A stretch of DNA of 64,000 bases from a bacterium (lineage in GTDB: Bacteria > Fidelibacterota > Fidelibacteria > Fidelibacterales > Fidelibacteraceae), in assembly GCA_963676395.1 (NCBI GenBank), contig OY781066.1, forward strand, positions 2,047,586 through 2,111,585, written 5' to 3'. Under the pieces are notes generated by a model, which saw only the letters and a program-made list of their open reading frames with translations, was not told the DNA's origin and did no database searches. The first letter of the stretch is position 1. Every line of letters begins with the position of its first letter. Positions 58,831 through 64,000 of this stretch are shown one piece after another. A program made the position numbers and the translations under genes.

Positions 58831-59403
58831 ATGAAAAAAAGAATTGCAATCTTCATCTCGGGTCGCGGAAGCAATATGGACGCCATACTGCGTCAGGCAC
58901 GAGAGGGGATTTTAAAGCAAGCCTGTGATGTGGTATTGGTTTTTGCAAACAAGCAAAGTGCACAAGGTTTGCAAAGTGCCAAAGCAGCAGGATTTCCGGT
59001 TGCTTGTATTCCTTCAAAAGGTAAAAAACGTGAAGTTTACGATAACGAAGTGATTGCCCTGTTGCAAGAGTATTCTATAGACTATATAATTCTTGCAGGT
59101 TATATGCGTTTGCTAAGCGGGGATTTTATTCAAGCATATAAACAAAGGATCATTAATATTCATCCGGCTGACACACGGGCGTTTCAAGGTGTTGGAGGTT
59201 ACGAATGGGCTTGGGAAAATGGTTTAAAGAAAACGGCCGTAACGGTTCATTATGTTGATGAAGGTATGGATACGGGCGATATCATTGAATTACGAGAATT
59301 GGATATTAGTGACTGTAGTAGTCTTGAAGAAGTTGAAAAGAAAGGTTTGGCCTTAGAGCACAAAATGTACTCTGAAGTGTTAAAGAATATATTTGACAAA
59401 TAA
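58831..59403 (+). CDS. purN: phosphoribosylglycinamide formyltransferase
   Basis: IAIFISGRGSNM, LAGYMRLL, NIHPA. Confidence 0.93.
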   Translation: MKKRIAIFISGRGSNMDAILRQAREGILKQACDVVLVFANKQSAQGLQSAKAAGFPVACIPSKGKKREVYDNEVIALLQEYSIDYIILAGYMRLLSGDFIQAYKQRIINIHPADTRAFQGVGGYEWAWENGLKKTAVTVHYVDEGMDTGDIIELRELDISDCSSLEEVEKKGLALEHKMYSEVLKNIFDK

Positions 59404-59450
59404 TGGTCATTAAACAGAGTGTTTATTGACGATAAAGGAGAGAAAAATAC

Positions 59451-60887
59451 ATGTGTGGCATATTGGGAATTTGCGGATTTGAAGATGTTTCGAATGAACT
59501 GGTGAACGGTTTGGTTTCTATTCAGCATCGCGGGCAGGATGCTGCGGGGGTCTTAACTTTGAACGAAGGTCGTTTCCGGATGCATAAGGGTACAGGTCAT
59601 GTCTCTGAAGTATTCAAGAATTACGATGTGAAAAAATTAAAGGGTAATGTCGGTTTGGGACATGTGCGTTATGCAACCGTCGGTTCCACCGAAGCGATGG
59701 ATGCTCAGCCCTATGCGGTGAATTATCCTTTTGGGATTGCCATGGTGCATAATGGAAACGTGATTAACTTTGTTAAATTACGTAAAGTTTTAAATGATCA
59801 GTTTCATCGTATGGTGGAAACATCCAATGATGTGGAACTGTTGCTTTATACATTTGCCGCTTATTTACAGGAAAAGAATTTATCCAATATTGAGCTGAAA
59901 GACCTGTATGAGACGGTAGAATTTGTTCAACGTACTGTTAAAGGCGCCTATTCATGTATTACTTATATTAAAAGTAAAGGTTTTTTAGCCTTTACAGATC
60001 CTTACGGTATTCGTCCCCTTATGTTAGGCAAGAAAGTTACCGATCGGGGAACTAAGTACATTTTTACATCAGAAACGGCTGTGTTTGATTATCTTGGCTA
60101 TGATTATGTCCGTGATCTTGAAGCCGGTGAAGCGGTGTTTATTGATTTGAACAATAAATTGCATTCCAAAATTCTTGAACGCAAGAGACCTTCATTTTGT
60201 GTGTTTGAGTACATTTATTTTGCCCGTGAAGATTCTGTATTCCGTAATCGTTTGGTAGCAAGTGAACGCGTACGTATGGGCAAAGCACTCAAAGAACGTA
60301 TTGAGGAAGCTAAAGTTGATCCGGATATTATTATTGATGTTCCAAATTCAGCGTATTTCTTTGCTTCCGGTCTGGCCGAAGAGATCGAAGCACCTTATCG
60401 ACGCGGTTTAGCTAAAAATCGATTCGTAGGTCGTTCATTTATTACGCCTAACGCCGAATTGAGAAAGCGCGTTGTTCGTCAGAAACTTAATCCCATGAAA
60501 GATATTGTGCATGGTCGTAAAGTAGCTGTTGTAGATGATTCGATCGTTCGAGGAACGACATCAAGACATATTATTCATATGCTTAAAGAATGCGGTGCCA
60601 AAGAGGTTTACTTTGTTTCGGCGTCTCCTGCCGTAAAATATCCTTGTATCTACGGCATTGATATGTCAGTCAAGAAAGAGTTGATTGCAGCGAATAATAA
60701 TGAAGAAGAGATCGCAGAAAGTCTTGGTTGTGAAAAGGTTATTTACCAAAGTGTAGAAGGATTGCGTGATTTGTATCACGATCTACCGATTTGTGATGCC
60801 TGTTTTTCCGGTGAATATCCCACCGGTATCACCCAGGAGATTCTGGATCAGATTGAATCGGAAAAATTAAAATCAGATAGAGTATAA
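59451..60887 (+). CDS. purF: amidophosphoribosyltransferase
   Basis: MCGILGI (Ntn cysteine), HRGQDAAG, VDDSIVRGTT. Confidence 0.95.
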   Translation: MCGILGICGFEDVSNELVNGLVSIQHRGQDAAGVLTLNEGRFRMHKGTGHVSEVFKNYDVKKLKGNVGLGHVRYATVGSTEAMDAQPYAVNYPFGIAMVHNGNVINFVKLRKVLNDQFHRMVETSNDVELLLYTFAAYLQEKNLSNIELKDLYETVEFVQRTVKGAYSCITYIKSKGFLAFTDPYGIRPLMLGKKVTDRGTKYIFTSETAVFDYLGYDYVRDLEAGEAVFIDLNNKLHSKILERKRPSFCVFEYIYFAREDSVFRNRLVASERVRMGKALKERIEEAKVDPDIIIDVPNSAYFFASGLAEEIEAPYRRGLAKNRFVGRSFITPNAELRKRVVRQKLNPMKDIVHGRKVAVVDDSIVRGTTSRHIIHMLKECGAKEVYFVSASPAVKYPCIYGIDMSVKKELIAANNNEEEIAESLGCEKVIYQSVEGLRDLYHDLPICDACFSGEYPTGITQEILDQIESEKLKSDRV

Positions 60888-62387
<1,500 letters not shown>

Positions 62388-62491
62388 ACAGTAGGTAGTG
62401 TTAAATGAGTCTTTAATGGAATTTTATACTTTAAACTTACATTTGCACTATATAAGTTGATAAGTCTATTAAGCAAAAAAGTCATTTTAAA

Positions 62492-63028
62492 ATGAAAAGA
62501 AAAATTTTACTCCATACTTGCTGTGCCGTTTGTGCCAGCGCCTGTATCGAACGTTTGCGTTCGGAGGAGATCGAGCCGGTGATGTTTTTTTCTAATCATA
62601 ATATTGCTCCCAAAGAAGAATATGATAAACGTTTGGAAGCAGCCAGGAATTTGGCATCGGAATGGAACGTAGAGCTTGTAGAGGACAGCTATAACCACAA
62701 TGCTTGGCTAAAAGCCATTGAAGGTTATGAGAATGAACCCGAAAAAGGATTGCGTTGCGGAAAGTGTTTTGACTACAGCTTGGGACGTGCACATAAATAT
62801 GCTAAAGAACATGGATTGGAAAATTTTACAACGACATTGACCGTGTCACCACATAAGATCTCCAAAATGATCTTTGAGATCGGTGAGAAATACCCCGGGT
62901 ATGAGCCTTGGGATTTTAAGAAAAAAGATGGTTTCAGGCGAAGTAATGAAATAAGTAAAGAATTAAAATTGTATCGACAAAAGTATTGCGGTTGCGAATT
63001 CTCATTGAGAGATATGCGCCCTGAATAA
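62492..63028 (+). CDS. queH: epoxyqueuosine reductase QueH (DUF208)
   Basis: LLHTCCAVCAS, RCGKCF, YCGCEFS cysteine motifs. 178 aa. Confidence 0.85.
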   Translation: MKRKILLHTCCAVCASACIERLRSEEIEPVMFFSNHNIAPKEEYDKRLEAARNLASEWNVELVEDSYNHNAWLKAIEGYENEPEKGLRCGKCFDYSLGRAHKYAKEHGLENFTTTLTVSPHKISKMIFEIGEKYPGYEPWDFKKKDGFRRSNEISKELKLYRQKYCGCEFSLRDMRPE

Positions 63029-63042
63029 AAGGAAATATATAA

Positions 63043-64000
63043 ATGAACAGTAACAAAATTCTCATTCTTGATTTTGGGTCTCAATATACTCAATTGATCG
63101 CACGTCGTATTCGCGAGGCGAATGTCTATTGTGAGATCCATCCTTATAATGTAGACTTTGATAAGATAGAAGCTTTTGATGCTCAGGGACTTATCTTGTC
63201 CGGTGGCCCTTCAAGCGTATATGATGAAGAAGCACCGCATCCCGATAAGCGGATCTTTGAACTTGAAATTCCTGTATTGGGAATTTGCTATGGATTGCAG
63301 CTGTTAAGTCAGCATTATCATGGCAAAGTTGCGCGCGCCGAACACCGTGAATATGGTCGTGCTCACCTGAAGATTGATGATAATTCCGATCTGTTCAAAG
63401 GTATCTCCAATGAAGAGGACCTTGTTGTTTGGATGAGTCATGGTGACCGCGTAGATGCTATGCCCGATGGTTTTGGTATTATTGCGCATACCGATAATGC
63501 TCCCATTGCTGCGATAAAACATGAATCTCGTTCCCTTTTTGCAATTCAATTTCATCCGGAAGTCGCTCACACCGATCGTGGCATGGATATATTAAAGAAT
63601 TTTGCTGTGGGAATCTGCGGATGCGAGCAGAATTGGACACCGGAAAATTTTATTGATTCCGAAATAGAAAAAGTTAGAGAGATCGTAGGAGATAAACAGG
63701 TAATCTGTGGACTTTCCGGTGGTGTGGATTCATCGGTCGTTGCTGTTTTGTTACATCGTGCCATTGGTGATCAGCTGACCTGTGTTTTTGTAAATAATGG
63801 CCTGCTTCGTTTACATGAGGCGGAGGAAGTTCAAAAAACTTTTCGTGATCGTTATAATATGAAATTGGAATATGTTGATGCCGAAGAACAATTTTTAACG
63901 GCACTTAAGGGTGTGACCGACCCCGAAAAGAAACGCAAGATCATTGGTAATCTCTTTATTGATGTATTTGAAGAGACGGCTAATCGTTTGGGGGATTTTG
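63043..64000 (+). CDS. guaA: GMP synthase (glutamine-hydrolysing), 5' part (runs off the right edge)
   Basis: Not in the ORF track (no stop). Own translation: MNSNKILILDFGSQYTQLIARRIRE, GICYGLQ, QFHPEV, then the ATP-PPase SGGVDSSV. Confidence 0.92.
   Translation, partial: MNSNKILILDFGSQYTQLIARRIREANVYCEIHPYNVDFDKIEAFDAQGLILSGGPSSVYDEEAPHPDKRIFELEIPVLGICYGLQLLSQHYHGKVARAEHREYGRAHLKIDDNSDLFKGISNEEDLVVWMSHGDRVDAMPDGFGIIAHTDNAPIAAIKHESRSLFAIQFHPEVAHTDRGMDILKNFAVGICGCEQNWTPENFIDSEIEKVREIVGDKQVICGLSGGVDSSVVAVLLHRAIGDQLTCVFVNNGLLRLHEAEEVQKTFRDRYNMKLEYVDAEEQFLTALKGVTDPEKKRKIIGNLFIDVFEETANRLGDF

Noticed and set aside
63304-63904. Three minus-strand ORFs of 65-88 aa.
   Set aside because: They are antisense to the clearly recognisable guaA reading frame, which the ORF track missed because it has no stop in the window.

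Overview
AT-rich (by eye) bacterial chromosomal window with dense standard-code genes, no rRNA/tRNA, no CRISPR array and no integrase or transposase. Type IX secretion (T9SS) sorting domains, three PorV/PorQ-like barrels, a short glycogen-synthase-like gene next to a DUF4270-like lipoprotein, and a short primary-type sigma factor point to an FCB-superphylum-like, probably uncultivated, organism (inference). Layout: (1) 1-7.7 kb, minus-strand operon mixing envelope genes with rpiB-glyA-nrdR. (2) 7.9-13.7 kb, AI-2E transporter, PHP phosphoesterase, YtfJ, NfeD-SPFH-YjbQ, rplU-rpmA. (3) 13.8-22.4 kb, two convergent envelope/glycan operons. (4) 22.6-29.2 kb, gap, GH57, rpsU, rpoD-like sigma, GAF protein, exported DEDD exonuclease. 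(5) 29.4-38.4 kb and 55.2-64 kb, an almost complete purine/GMP supercluster on the plus strand (purM, purS-L fusion, purQ, purH, PAICS-like purC-purE fusion, then purB, purD, purN, purF, guaB, queH, guaA). (6) These halves are separated by a 16-kb all-minus-strand block holding bioY, a frameshifted aldo/keto reductase, unknown genes and an 11.4-kb six-gene operon. That operon is the most interesting candidate system: two T9SS-sorted cargo proteins, two lipoproteins, a SusC-like TonB-dependent barrel and a PorV-like barrel, with no SusD or PorU. All family calls rest on motifs read from the translations; no database search was possible.
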